A stretch of DNA of 63,454 bases, filler included, from Craspedostauros australis (lineage: Eukaryota): NCBI GenBank assembly GCA_030167865.1. It is 10 parts of 10 records of this genome, joined end to end, with 100 filler letters (N's around TTAATTAATTAA, not from the genome) between each part and the next. Parts side by side here need not be neighbours in the genome. Positions count along the whole stretch, not along the records: positions 46,025 to 49,738 come from JALAGF010006247.1; positions 49,839 to 56,182 come from JALAGF010006248.1; positions 56,283 to 57,701 come from JALAGF010006250.1; positions 57,802 to 61,321 come from JALAGF010006251.1; 6 more parts are not named here. One strand, given 5' to 3'. The notes beneath the pieces were generated by a model. It made no database searches and had not been told where the DNA came from. It saw only the letters and a list, made by a program, of their open reading frames with translations. A program made the translations under genes and the position numbers. Below, piece by piece: positions 46,941 through 59,358 of this stretch. How positions within the stretch are numbered: the stretch's first letter is position 1; each line of letters starts with the position of its first letter.

Positions 46941-49738
46941 ATGATGTCAACCCCAACGATGACAACAGTGCCCCCGATGGACACACCCCGGTCCAACATG
47001 CTGCACAAGAACAGGACGAGCAGCACGAAGAGTCTCGACGATCCATCGACCAACATGTCAGACACAGACTCCCTCACCGACAGCGGACTCTCCGATGCCC
47101 ATCAACATGGTTATGCCTTCAACTTCGACCGCGCTGGAATCGTTGGGCGGGACAAGGAGAAGCGGGTGCTGTCCAATGCCATCAATCAGATGCTCAACAG
47201 AAAGCGAGCCACCCAACGCACGCGAAGTCTGGATAGCACCAGCATCACCACCAGTAGCAGCAGTCAAAGCTTCACCTCCAAACACAACAGTGAAGATGAG
47301 ATGCATCACAAACAGCAACGTCGCGGGCAGCGCCATCGCACAAGTCTCAAGACAGTATGCTTCATCTCGGGACCATCAGGAAGCGGCAAGTCCGCACTCG
47401 CNNNNNNNNNNNNNNNNNNNNNNNNNNNNNNNNNNNNNNNNNNNNNNNNNNNNNNNNNNNNNNNNNNNNNNNNNNNNNNNNNNNNNNNNNNNNNNNNNNN
47501 NNNNNNNNNCCAGCTGGTGGAGCAGATCATGGCATTGCCTCAGGAGGATACTCGTATGGCTGATGCGGCAGTGGATGATCCGCGAAGATTCTCGACATTG
47601 CACCAATCGTTGATTCGGCGTCTGTCGTCGAGGGAGCTCAAGACTCTGTACAAGATCATTCCAGGTCTACTTGAGATGATGGTCGGCGAGAGCACCAGCA
47701 ATACAATTGCAGATCGNNNNNNNNNNNNNNNNNNNNNNNNNNNNNNNNNNNNNNNNNNNNNNNNNNAAGCGGCAAGTCCGCACTCGCCATGCACTACAAG
47801 CAGCACTGCCTCGACAACTTCGCCTTCTTCATTTCTGGCAAGTTCGATCTTCAGCAGATGGAGGAACCGTACGCGGGCATCAAGAACGCGATGGGCCAGC
47901 TGGTGGAGCAGATCATGGCATTGCCTCAGGAGGATACTCGTATGGCTGATGCGGCAGTGGATGATCCGCGAAGATTCTCGACATTGCACCAATCGTTGAT
48001 TCGGCGTCTGTCGTCGAGGGAGCTCAAGACTCTGTACAAGATCATTCCAGGTCTACTTGAGATGATGGTCGGCGAGAGCACCAGCAATACAATTGCAGAT
48101 CGACAGAACAAGGACCACGACCTCCAAGAAATTAGCGATGATGATGTCAGCACAAGTGCCGATGGAGATGCGAGCACATCATTGAATGGCATTCGTGAGC
48201 AATCTCTGACCAAACAGTCATCGTTCACGAGTGCTTCCACCTCAGGATCGGCTGCTCATGGACTCGATCCGTCCACTCAACTATCAACAGCCACAATCAC
48301 AGAAGGATACAGAGCGAAGTCCGATCGAATCAAGCACACACTCAAGCGATTCCTTCGGATCGTCTGCAATCACAGCCCGCTGGTGATCATGATGGACGAC
48401 ATCCAATGGGCTGACAAGGCGTCGATTGACATCATGCAGACATGGGCGATGGATGGTGACATTTCATCCCTGATGATCATCGGATGCTTCAGATCCAATG
48501 AGCTCGAGCAAAGCCAAGACCTTCAAGACATGATCACGGCTCTTCAAGAATGCAAACGAGAGAGATCCATCCGTGTCCTTGACATCCCGATCCAAGATCT
48601 ACCGTTGCAGAGCGTCCGCCACCTTCTCATCGAGATCCTCCTGCCCAACAACGACAGCGACGTGAACGGTCTTGCTGACATTGTGCACCGCAAGACTGGA
48701 GGCAACATCTTCTTCATGAAGCAGTTCTTTGAGTCGTTGGTGTACAAGAAGCTGCTGTCCGTGGACGAGGACGGCGGGATGAAGTGGATCTGGGACGAGC
48801 AGAAGATCGTGGCTGGGTCATCCGCCATGGCCAATATGGTTGATCTGATGAAGCGGAAGCTGGATCGTCTGGACGCTGCTCGTCACGTGCTGCCGATCGC
48901 GGCATGCCTTGGATCTACATTCTCGAACCGCAGGCTGATCCTTGCGATCCGGACACTGTCCATCCACTCCGACCACAGAGTGTTCTTCAAGGATCTGTTG
49001 ACGTCAGATGAGAATGCTGCGCTGATGCCATCTTCGCAGTCATCGGATGCATCTCAGAGATCGGATGGATCACAACGGCCGCATGGTGCTTCATCCCTCC
49101 GTCAATCGGAGCGGTCACAAGAGCTGCAACGGCAACAAGCGCACCTCATCTCGTACGAAGGTATTCAACGAAGTCTGGATGTCTGTGAGAGAGAAGGCCT
49201 CATCGAGCAACATCTACATCGCAGCTCTCAACGCCGAAAGTCTGGAACAAAGGATACGGGCATCGGTACTCAGCAACAGCCCACGAACAACGCCAACGGA
49301 AAGCAAGGGTATCGATACACCTTCATCCACGATCAAGTCCAGGAAGCTGCGCTGTCGCTCGTTCCTCAAGACAAGCTCTCCGAGCTGCGACACAGAGTTG
49401 GTGATGTCCTGCTCACCTCATACTCAAAAGGTGAGATGCGAGAGGACAAGGTCCACATGATCGCTGGCCTCATCAATGCCAGACTCGATCTCGTACCCGC
49501 CACTGCTCAGCACTCCGATCGTCGCATGAGGATCGCCATGCTCAACTCCAAGGCAGGTCAGCTTGCTGTCGAATGCGCTGCATTCCAAGCTGCGGCGGAG
49601 TATTTCCGGACGGCAATAGAACTGTTGCCAGCTGATCATTGGAAGACCCATCTTCATCAGAGCATCGACATCTTTTCATCGGCCGCCGAATGCGCGTACA
49701 TCAATGCAAACATTGACGAGATGAAGCGGTACTGTTCG
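46941..49738 (+). CDS. COG3899/AAA_16-type P-loop ATPase with downstream TPR-like region; gapped and 3' partial
   Basis: Walker A ISGPSGSGKSAL, SGKFD...EPY, Walker B LVIMMDDIQWAD, IIGCFRSNE, KTGGNIFF, YTFIHDQVQEAA. An internal overlap is duplicated by the assembly. Confidence 0.88.
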
Positions 49739-49838
49739 NNNNNNNNNNNNNNNNNNNNNNNNNNNNNNNNNNNNNNNNNNNNTTAATTAATTAANNNNNN
49801 NNNNNNNNNNNNNNNNNNNNNNNNNNNNNNNNNNNNNN

Positions 49839-52800
49839 TGCTAACGAGCATCATGGAGTATCCGACCGTAGGTGTTGCGGATGTATCATGTCATGGGGGG
49901 ATATGTGACGTGCGTATGCATTATGGGATGTGTAATAGATGCTGTTGATGATGCTGAGGGGGAGGCCAGAAGTGACTGCATTGGTGAGATCTGTGATCCA
50001 TCATGGTCATCTGTTGTGTGTGGTAACGAGCATCACTGAGTAGCTGTTCGCATGTGCCACTCTTGCGTCGTGTCCAGGGGGCTATGCAACGTGTGAATGC
50101 GATTTGTGAGAAGTGAGAGTATTGTAGTTGATGGTGTCAAGAGCGAGCATGACAGTGACTGCAGCTGTGAGACTCAGCAATACGCTATGCTCACCCTTTG
50201 ATCGTGACAATGAGCATCATGGAGTGGCAGGCTGCATGTGCCATGCTTGAGCCAGGTCATGCGGGCTGTGAGATGTGTGTATGCGTCGTGGGATGTGAGA
50301 ACATCGCAGTTGATGGTGTCAAGAGCGAGCGTGACAGTGACTGCAGCTGTGAGACTCAGCAATACGCTATGCTCAGCCTTTGATCGTGACAACGAGCATC
50401 ATGGGGTGGCAGGCTGAATGTGCCATGCTTGAGCCAGGTCATGCGGGNTGTGCNATGTGTNTATGCGTNGTGGGATGTGAGAATATCGCACTTGATTGTT
50501 GTGTTGACAGAGAGAGAGAGAGACCATCAGTTGCTGCAGCTGTGGAATCCATGATCCACCATGGCCTATCTTTGAGTATCACAACNAGCGTCATGATGGA
50601 GCTGGCCTCATGTGNCATGATTGTACCACACCTAGAGGGATGAGGGGATATGTATTTTGTTGTGGAATGTGTGATTTTCGCAGTTGATGGTGTTGAGGGG
50701 GGCACACAAGTCCAGATAGCATTCGAGGAGACCCAGACAGGAACCACCACGGGACAGATGGTGGAATGCTCGATACAGGCGCTGAAAGAAGAATTGGGGA
50801 ATCATCGGCCTCTGTTTGAATATCCATACGACAAGATAAGTCGGTGCGTCACTCACTGCTGGGTGGCTGGACTGTGGAAACAGCTGCAGGACACAGGTGT
50901 GATGATACATGAGACAACTGGAGGGTCACTGTTACAGTGCAAAGGAGATGAACACCTGATGGATATCTGCCTGCGGCAGGGGTTCAAGGGATCCCAGCTG
51001 TATCACCTGAGCATGTGCCGGTTGCAGCTAGGGGTGAGCCGAATATTGGACATCTCCTCGGCGAGCGGGATCCGCGAAACAGCCAAAGCTCATGACGGGC
51101 TGTCTGCCCCCAACATTCCCAGGGAATGGGCCCACACTCCCCTGACGATTCCAGGCGGTTGGTGGAGAGAATGAAAGAAGTGGTGCAAGCGCATGTGCTA
51201 CCAAGGCCTGAAGCTTCACTGAACCCTTGGGCTGTGGCACTCCGACGATGCTAGCTGGAGATGGTGGAAGTCCACACTGACGGACCACATCTACGATACA
51301 GCGAGGATCCCGATACGGAAGTACAATCTGGTTAGGAGCCCACGGACGAGGGCCAGCGCATATCGCTCAGGGGAGACGGCCAAGGCTTTGCCCAGACTAG
51401 TGCAGAGGTGTCAGTGACGACTACAGAGCGAGGGACAACGTGGAACGGCCATGCAGGCCTTACCGCAGAAGCTCCCTCGGCTCCCCTCCCCTATGACCCC
51501 ATTGAGGAAGTGCAAGGCAACCTCACCCATGATTCAGAAGCGGCGTCTGGCCAGAGAGGGAACCTCTTGGTGGTGAGCGACGGGTCTTTCAAGGAGTCCC
51601 AAGGCACCTCTGCTTCCATCATGTATGACACAGCTTCGAAGCACCAGCTATGTTGCCACACCTTCGTCCTGGGGCCGAGCGACGTACACAGGGAATACCG
51701 CAGCGAGCTGGCGGGGATATGGGCCTCCCTTTCCATGGTTGAGGCGCTTGATGGTCTTGACAGCTCGTGCACCATTACTCTGGCACTCAACGGTAGTCAG
51801 GCCCTGCAGCAATCTCAAGAAGACCGGCTGCGGCCCACCCAACAAGACTGGGACCTGCCTATGGCAACACAATGGCTGCGACACAGTACTCTGGCTACCC
51901 TCAAATGGGAGTGGGTGCGGGGTCACCAGGACAATACTGGCAAAGAGCTCTTGGTCCTGGAGGAGCTGAATGTTGTTGCTGATCACAAAGCAAAGGAGCA
52001 TTGGGAGCGCGCCAGACAACATAGGCACATCCGTCAATGGAACACATGCACCAATCGATGGACGATCTTACTGTACGGACGGCATCCCTCGCATGTGGAT
52101 TCAGCCGCTATGAATGCCCTGCTCCAGTCCTCTTCAGCCGCTGAATATTGGGCGTCGAAGTTCCAAGAGAGCGAGGTGCAGGTGGCTCTCATCGACTGGA
52201 AGTCGTACCAAGCCGCTCAATCGGCACCGAAGAACCAGGACCTCGCCCAGTTCATCATGAAGTGGTTGTCGAGGTTCTTTGGGTTCAACCGGAAGCTCCA
52301 CCAAACTGGGCAGAAAGAGATGGCTGCATGCCAGTTCTGCTCCTGGGAGGAGACTACCCACTATATTCTGGAATGCCCAGAACACGTCGAAGCGTGGACA
52401 CGGGCGACAGAGGAGTTTCACGACTGCATGGTGAGAATCGGCACGAACCCACGAGTGATACAATGGATTTGGCACAGGTTGGTGGAAATGCGCCGGCGCA
52501 CAGCCCAGAGCGACGCTCAGGGCATGATTGGCTGGCATCCATTCATCCTGGGGTTCTTGCATAAAGATTGGCAACATCAACAGAACACTTGGATGACCAG
52601 CCATGAGTGTTGTTACCCAGACGAATGCGCTTGGGCGAAAGAGGTGATCAGGTAGAAATGGAAAGTCCCCTGCGAAGTCTGGAAGGCCCGCAACGATAAA
52701 GTTCACGATGTGGAGCAGCACCCATCTGTGGCAGAGTTACAGCGACGGATGAGGCGTTTGGCGTTGGGGGACCAGCCAGGATATGACGAACGAGGAGCTC

Positions 52801-54790
52801 CATCTGCTCTGCGAGGGCAGGACGGTTGAGTTCGGCACGGAAGCACAGATGATGCAGTGGGTCCACTCCATGACTGCCGTTCACGCGGAAGTCAAGGCGC
52901 GGCGCCAATCCAGGTCAATGCATGTCAAAAGGCGATCAATGGCATCTTGGCTCAGGCTGGGTGAGTGAGTAAGGACTCTCTGAAAGCTCGCTCAAAGCTG
53001 GCCCCACAAGGCTGGTGGTGGCGAGGGTAATGCCTACTGGCACATTTCTAATGTATTCCCTGAGTTACGCTTATTGTTGGGGGGGNNNNNNNNNNNNNNN
53101 NNNNNNNNNNNNNNNNNNNNNNNNNNNNNNNNNNNAACGCGCTATGCTCAGCCTTTTGAGTGTGTGTACAAGCATCATGGAGTAGCTGGCCATATGCGTC
53201 ATGCTTGCGTCATGTCATTCGGGGCTATGCTAGGTAGGTGTATGCATTCTCGAATGTCTTAGTATCGTGGTTGATGGTGTTGAGAGTGGGACTGGAAGTG
53301 ATTGCAGCTGTGAGAATTGTGATTCATCACAGTCCATCCATGAGTGTGACAACAAACATCAGAGAGTAGCCTCCCACATGTGTTGCGGATATGCCCTACC
53401 ATGCCATGCGGCCTGTACGAGGTATGTGTATGCATCATGGAATGTGTGACTGCAACAGTTGTTGGTGTTGAGAGTGGACCCGGTATTGGCTGCAACTGTG
53501 AGACTGAACAATCAATCATGGTCCTCCATTGACTGTGGCAACTAGCATCATGGAGTAGCCAACCGCATGTGCCAGGGATGTACCATACCCAGAGGGCTGA
53601 TAGGTATGCGTATGCAGTGTAGTATGTGTGATGAATGTTGTTGATGGCTTTGAGAGCAAGACTGAAGTTGACTGCAGCAGCGCGACTCAGCAATGCGCTA
53701 CGCTAACCCTTTGATTGTGACAACAAGCATCATGGAGTGGCCGGTCGCACACACCATGCTTCATCCATGTCATGCTGGCTGTGCGATGCGTGTATGCGTT
53801 GTGGGATGTGTGATAGATGCTGTTGATGATTCTGAAATGGGGACCAGCAGCGATCACAACTGAGAGATATCATGATCCACCAGGACCGATCTTTGAGTGT
53901 GTTAAGAAGCATCATGGAGTAGCTGGCTGCACATGCCATGCTTGAACCATACCCAGCGGTCTGTGAGGTATGATCATGCGTTGTGGGATGCATGATAGAT
54001 GCTATTGCTGGTGTTCAGAGGGGGCCATCACTGACTGCGGCTGTGAGATTTGGTTGTCCATCATGGTCAGCTGTGGATTGTGATAACTATGATCATGGAG
54101 TAGCTGACAACATGCACCACACTTAATCCATGTGATGTGGGTTGTGCGATGTGTGCATGCGCTGTGAGATGGGTGAATATTGCAGTTGATGGTGTTGAGA
54201 GAGGGGGACTGGCAGTGACTGCATCTGTGAGACTTGGATATTCATATTGGTTTATGTTTGAGTGTGACAGTGATTATCACAGTGAAGCCAGGAGCATGTG
54301 CAATGCTCATGCAATGTCATGCGTGCTATGGGACGTGTGTATGCATTGTGGGATTTGTGAGTATCGCAGTTGGTGTTGAGAGGTGAACCATAAGTGATTG
54401 CATGTGTGAGACTTCGTGATCCACCATGGTCTATCATGTAGTGTGACAATGAGCATCATGGAGTAGCCAGCTGCATGTGTCACATTTGTATCATGTGAGG
54501 GGGTTCTGAAGTGTGTGTATGCGTTGTGAGATGTGCGAATGTTGCTTGTTGGCGGTGATGAGAGAGGCAACAGAAGTGACTGCAACTTTGTCACGCTGGG
54601 ATCTGTCATTGTCCATTTGTGATTATGCCAATCAGCATCATGGAGTAGCCGACCATATGTATTGGGGATGGTGCATGTAATGTACACTATGAGATGTGTG
54701 TCTGCATTTCAGGATGTGTGAATATTACTTGTTGTGGTGTTGAGAGATGGGCCAGAAGTGACTGCAACTGTGAGAGTGAACGATCAATCA
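49839..54790. repeat. Subtelomeric satellite, about 183-bp diverged monomers, interrupted by a LINE fragment
   Basis: AGCATCATGGAGTAGC-like anchor near 49848, 50029, 50214, 50395, 50588, then 53171, 53356, 53543, 53726, 53908, 54090, 54272, 54452, 54634; shared GTTGATGGTGTTGAGAG and GTGACTGCAGCTGTGAGA. Confidence 0.9.
50704..53073 (+). mobile_element. 5'-truncated, decayed non-LTR retrotransposon (RT C-terminus, RNase H, CCHC), related to 30662-34381
   Basis: QVQIAFEETQTGTTTGQMVECSIQALKEELG matches QVQLAFDEVHRGTQTGEMIKCSILALKEELG; RNase H SDGSFK, YRSELAGI, WVRGHQD, LNVVAD; CQFC..E...H...EC; stops at 51172, 51220, 52653 and frameshifts. Confidence 0.9.
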
Positions 54791-54832
54791 GTATCGCTGC
54801 AATGCAATGCAAGTCTTTCCCCCCTCCTCTGC

Positions 54833-55348
54833 AGTCAGCCATTTCATGGGACTTGTGCCATCCTCCAGTAGTTGGAATGGTGTTGACTTCCCCCTCCTCC
54901 CCCACAAGTCAGCCATNNNNNNNNNNNNNNNNNNNNNNNNNNNNNNNNNNNNNNNNNNNNNNNNNNGTAGTTGGAATGGTGTTGACTTCCCCCTCCTCCC
55001 CCACAAGTCAGCCATTTCATGGGACTTGTGCCATCCTCCAGTAGTTGGAACGGTGTTGACTTCCCCCTCCTCCCCCACAAGTCAGCCATTTCATGGGACT
55101 TGTGCCATCCTCCTGTAGTTGGAATGGTGTTGACTTCCCCCTCCTCCCCCACAAGTCAGCCATTTCATGGGACTTGTGCCNNNNNNNNNNNNNNNNNNNN
55201 NNNNNNNNNNNNNNNNNNNNNNNNNNNNNNNNNNNNNNNNNNNNNNNNNNNNNNNNNNNNNNNNNNNNNNNNNNNNNNNNNNNNNNNNNNNNNNNNNNNN
55301 NNNNNNGCCATTTCATGGGACTTGTGCCATCCTCCTGTAGTTGGAATG
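54833..55348. repeat. 74-bp near-perfect minisatellite
   Basis: Unit GCCATTTCATGGGACTTGTGCCATCCTCCWGTAGTTGGAATGGTGTTGACTTCCCCCTCCTCCCCCACAAGTCA starting at 54838, 54912, 55011, 55085, 55159 and about 55307; copy number hidden by gaps. Confidence 0.95.
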
Positions 55349-56057
55349 ATATTAACAATAGTTCATTTGATGTTGACAGATAGTTCATTTGCCATTGACG
55401 ATGTTCATCCGCCATTAACCATGTTCATCTCACATTGACCATGTTCATCTCACATTAACATGGTTGCACGTGTTATCACTTGTTGTTTGTGTTGTACTCA
55501 TGTATCACTATCTCCATCACCAAGTCGATTCAGAGTGTGGTTCTTGATGTCACACGTGCGTATGGTCGTGGTGAACACGTGTGTATGCTTACATGTACAT
55601 GACAGTGTGTATTGCAAGTACTGGTTGATGTTGTGTACTTTGATCATCAATATCTCACCTTGTCGAGGTCCGTTGAAGATGGTAGAAGTGTTGACGTGTA
55701 CGTATGGACGTGGTGCGTGTGTGTGTACACATAGATGTACGTGAACATGTGCACGTCATGATGTATCGTGCTGTACATGTTTAACACGGTGTATCGCGTG
55801 GCTCGTAGTATCACGTGTTGTTTGGGAGTTGTGGATGATGAACATTCGTCCGCACTTTTGGGGAGTTGCGGATCATCGACATTTTCCATACAAAAACGTC
55901 CGTCCTTCGACCGTCAGTATTGCGTGCCCATACAAACGTCTGTACGTCATCCGTCAATCGACCCAAACTTCGGTCTGGCCGTCGTACGTCACCGTGTTAA
56001 ATCCTCGTACATTAGGGTTTGATTGGTTGCACCTGCGGACACTATTGCGGCTATAGC

Positions 56058-56182
56058 TAGGGTTAGGGTTAGGGTTAGGGTTAGGGGTGGTTAAGGTTAG
56101 GGTTTACAGTAACCTGTAAGCTTAGGGTTAGGGTTAGGGTTAGGGTTAGGGTTAGGGTTAGGGTTAGGGTTAGGGTTAGGGT
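56058..56182 (+). repeat. Telomeric repeat (TTAGGG)n
   Basis: G-rich strand runs to the scaffold end; variant repeats proximally. Confidence 0.96.
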
Positions 56183-56282
56183 NNNNNNNNNNNNNNNNNN
56201 NNNNNNNNNNNNNNNNNNNNNNNNNNTTAATTAATTAANNNNNNNNNNNNNNNNNNNNNNNNNNNNNNNNNNNNNNNNNNNN

Positions 56283-57701
56283 CACTGGGACGCCCACACT
56301 TTCGAGTAGCTGCACGACGAAGAAGATCTCCTTTGCCGCTTCAGAAAGGGCAACGTATTCTGCTTCCGATGAGCTGAGTGTGACGGCCTTCTGTGCCTTG
56401 GATCGCCAAAGGATCGGCGCCTTGCACAGGTATAGGATGAACCCTCCTACGCTGATTCTCGTGTTCTTGTCTCCTGCGTATTCGCTATCGCAGAAGAGCT
56501 CCATGTCCCAGCCGTCGTNNNNNNNNNNNNNNNNNNNNNNNNNNNNNNNNNNNNNNNNNNNNNNNNNNNNNNNNNNNNNNNNNNNNNNNNNNNNNNNNNN
56601 NNNNNNNNNNNNNNNNNNNNNNNNNNNNNNNNNNNNNNNNNNNNNNGGGTTCGCGATATCTGGTCGCGAGTGCTTGATGAGGAAGAGTAGCATACCGACG
56701 CCTCGGCGGTACTCGGCATGTTCTTCCGGTCCAACTTTCTGCAGTCCGTTATCTTCGGACGGTCGTACGATGATTTGACCCGGGGTTCCCGGTGTCCCAT
56801 AGCGTTGCATCTTCTCAACCTTGGTTCCGAATTCTTCAATGAGGNNNNNNNNNNNNNNNNNNNNNNNNNNNNNNNNNNNNNNNNNNNNNNNNNNGTCTCC
56901 TGCGTATTCGCTATCGCAGAAGAGCTCCATGTCCCAGCCGTCGTCGTCTGGACGCGCTGGATGGATCTTCAATCCATACTCCTTCGTATCGATCACATAC
57001 TTTATGATCCGATACATCTCCTTCATTGCGGCCTTGGTGGGCCCGATCAATACCTTGGAGAGTTCCCTCACAGGGTTCGCGATATCTGGTNNNNNNNNNN
57101 NNNNNNNNNNNNNNNNNNNNNNNNNNNNNNNNNNNNNNNNNNNNNNNNNNNNNNNNNNNNNNNNNNNNNNNNNNNNNNNNNNNNNNGGTCGTACGATGAT
57201 TTGACCCGGGGTTCCCGGTGTCCCATAGCGTTGCATCTTCTCAACCTTGGTTCCGAATTCTTCAATGAGGTGTCAGATGAGATGTGGTTGACGCAATGTT
57301 GCTCTAGTCTTGTTGTGGTTCAACTCGATGTTGCAGCTAAGGTAGTCTCCGAGTCCGTGCTCGATTGTTACCTTGAATTTGCTGCCTTGGATGTCCTTCA
57401 GGAATGTCTCCAGTGCCTTGGAGTCTCCNNNNNNNNNNNNNNNNNNNNNNNNNNNNNNNNNNNNNNNNNNNNNNNNNNNNNNNNNNNNNNNNNNNNNNNN
57501 NNNNNNNNNNNNNNNNNNNNNNNNNNNNNNNNNCTTGAGGGTCGATACCAACATCTTGAACCATTGCCTGGCGCTCTGCACAAGTCCGTAGATTGGCTTG
57601 TGTAGGGTCAGGGCTTTGTCTGCTTGATGATCCATCCCATTGGGACAGTTCATGTAGATCTCCTCGTCGAGGTCTCCGTGTAGGAATGCCGTTACGACAT
57701 C
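56283..57701 (-). mobile_element. Ty1/copia RT-RNase H fragment (lineage distinct from the CoDi-I-like elements), gapped
   Basis: DVVTAFLHGDLDEEIYM, KPIYGLVQSARQW, SRPDIA, FCDSEYAGD, WRSKAQKAVTLSSSEAEYVALSEAAKE. Confidence 0.92.
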
Positions 57702-59358
57702 NNNNNNNNNNNNNNNNNNNNNNNNNNNNNNNNNNNNNNNNNNNNTTAATTAATTAANNNNNNNNNNNNNNNNNNNNNNNNNNNNNNNNNNNNNNNNNNN
57801 NACAATGGCTATCTATTCATGGAAGACGCGACGTTCCACGGCTCATTCTCATCAACGCGCTGACGGGTGTGAATGAGACATGATGGGAATCCACTGATCC
57901 GAGTGCCTCCTTCCGTCCCTCCATTCCGTTGTTGCTGCTGCAAATAGTGTTGCGGTTTTGGTTGTTGGACATCGCTATCAAGGAGAACTGCACCCGTTGT
58001 ATCGTCTATCGTCGATCATCTATTGCTCATCATCGATCATGATCAATCTCGCTGCGCAGTCTACTGGAGATTCTGCAGTCACTGTTCATCCCTGTGAGTG
58101 AGCATGTGGTCGTGCTCATACTCATGCTCGTCCTCGTTGGCACGATGACTATCCATTCCAAGGACTTCCCGTTGCATCATGGTGAAGATCCGTTGGGTGT
58201 TCGAGTGTCTGTTTTGGCCTTTCCCAGATTAGTCAGGCGGTCGATGATCGCAGCTCGCTTGGCGTAACGTCCCATGCGAGTATTTGCCGACCGATAGTAC
58301 TCGAGAGTGACAGCTCGAAGGACGGGCATCACCTCGGTCCGTGCTTGTGCTTGCGGGAGCAGGCTGCGAAGGGCAACCGTGAAGAATAGTGGTATGTTCG
58401 CCGCGTGTTTGCCCAGCATGTTTACTCTGTACATACGAGTGTGGACGTTGGTATTGGTCTTTGCGTTGGTCTTTGCTCTGTTGCAAATTGCGACAGAGTC
58501 CATGATGCGGTCTTGTGTGCAGTCTGCAGCGTTGTCAACATTACCAAAGCTCAGCGCTCGTCAGATGGTGCGGTGGACGGGTGGGCAGTGCCTTTGAGAT
58601 GCTTGAGCACTCGTGACGGCAGTACTCTGCCCGTGACGTCGCCTCTCCAACAACTCTCGCAATTGCGTGTACGGACACGGAGCTCCAACCTGAACATGCA
58701 GTACGGGCCAATGCGTCCATCAGAGTTACTTGCCCACTTTGACAATGACTACGACTACACGCACCATGATGATTACCATGATGACGATAATGCTATCGAT
58801 ATCTATTCCATCTGCTCGTACGATTATGAATGGAGTGCCTCTGCTTCCACATTCTAAGAATGCTCGTGCTTGTCAGAATAGCGACATGGAGAACCACTAC
58901 GCAACATGTCGATCGAAGCATCGGGAGAGCAACACCCATTCTGACAACCGTAATCATCAGGTGTCAAGACGGTCGTAGCATTCGCGGTCGCACTTGTACT
59001 CGTCGTGACGCATGTATTCGTGTATCTGGTACTAGTGACTTTCTTTACGTGTAACATTGGTAAGACTGCGACGCAGACTTTCTTTCCGAAGGGCCATGCA
59101 TTGGTACCAACATGAGTGTCGTTGCGGAATTCGTCAGAACCACCAGATGTTCTGAAGGATGCGTGCATGGATGCATGGATGCGTGGACGGATGTATGCAT
59201 AGATTGGAAACACCGAACCCCTTTTCGGTGTGCTCCTTTGGTTGGCGTCGGCGACGAACGAGACCTTCGCGAGGCATGCGGCATTTGGCATCTTGGTCAG
59301 GCTGCCTGGTTGTTGCTTCATGGCAGAATACCCGCAGTTCTCTCATCGTTGATGTCAT

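Noticed and set aside
47382..48101. Tandem duplication inside the ATPase gene
   Set aside because: Identical copies separated by N gaps indicate an unmerged overlap.
54833..55348. CRISPR-like periodicity
   Set aside because: The whole 74-bp unit repeats with no unique spacers, there are no cas genes, and the context is a eukaryotic subtelomere.
56459..57270. Repeated RT/RNase H segments
   Set aside because: Identical gap-flanked duplicates; assembly artefact.
57802..59358. Several short overlapping ORFs
   Set aside because: No recognisable motifs or consistent coding frame.
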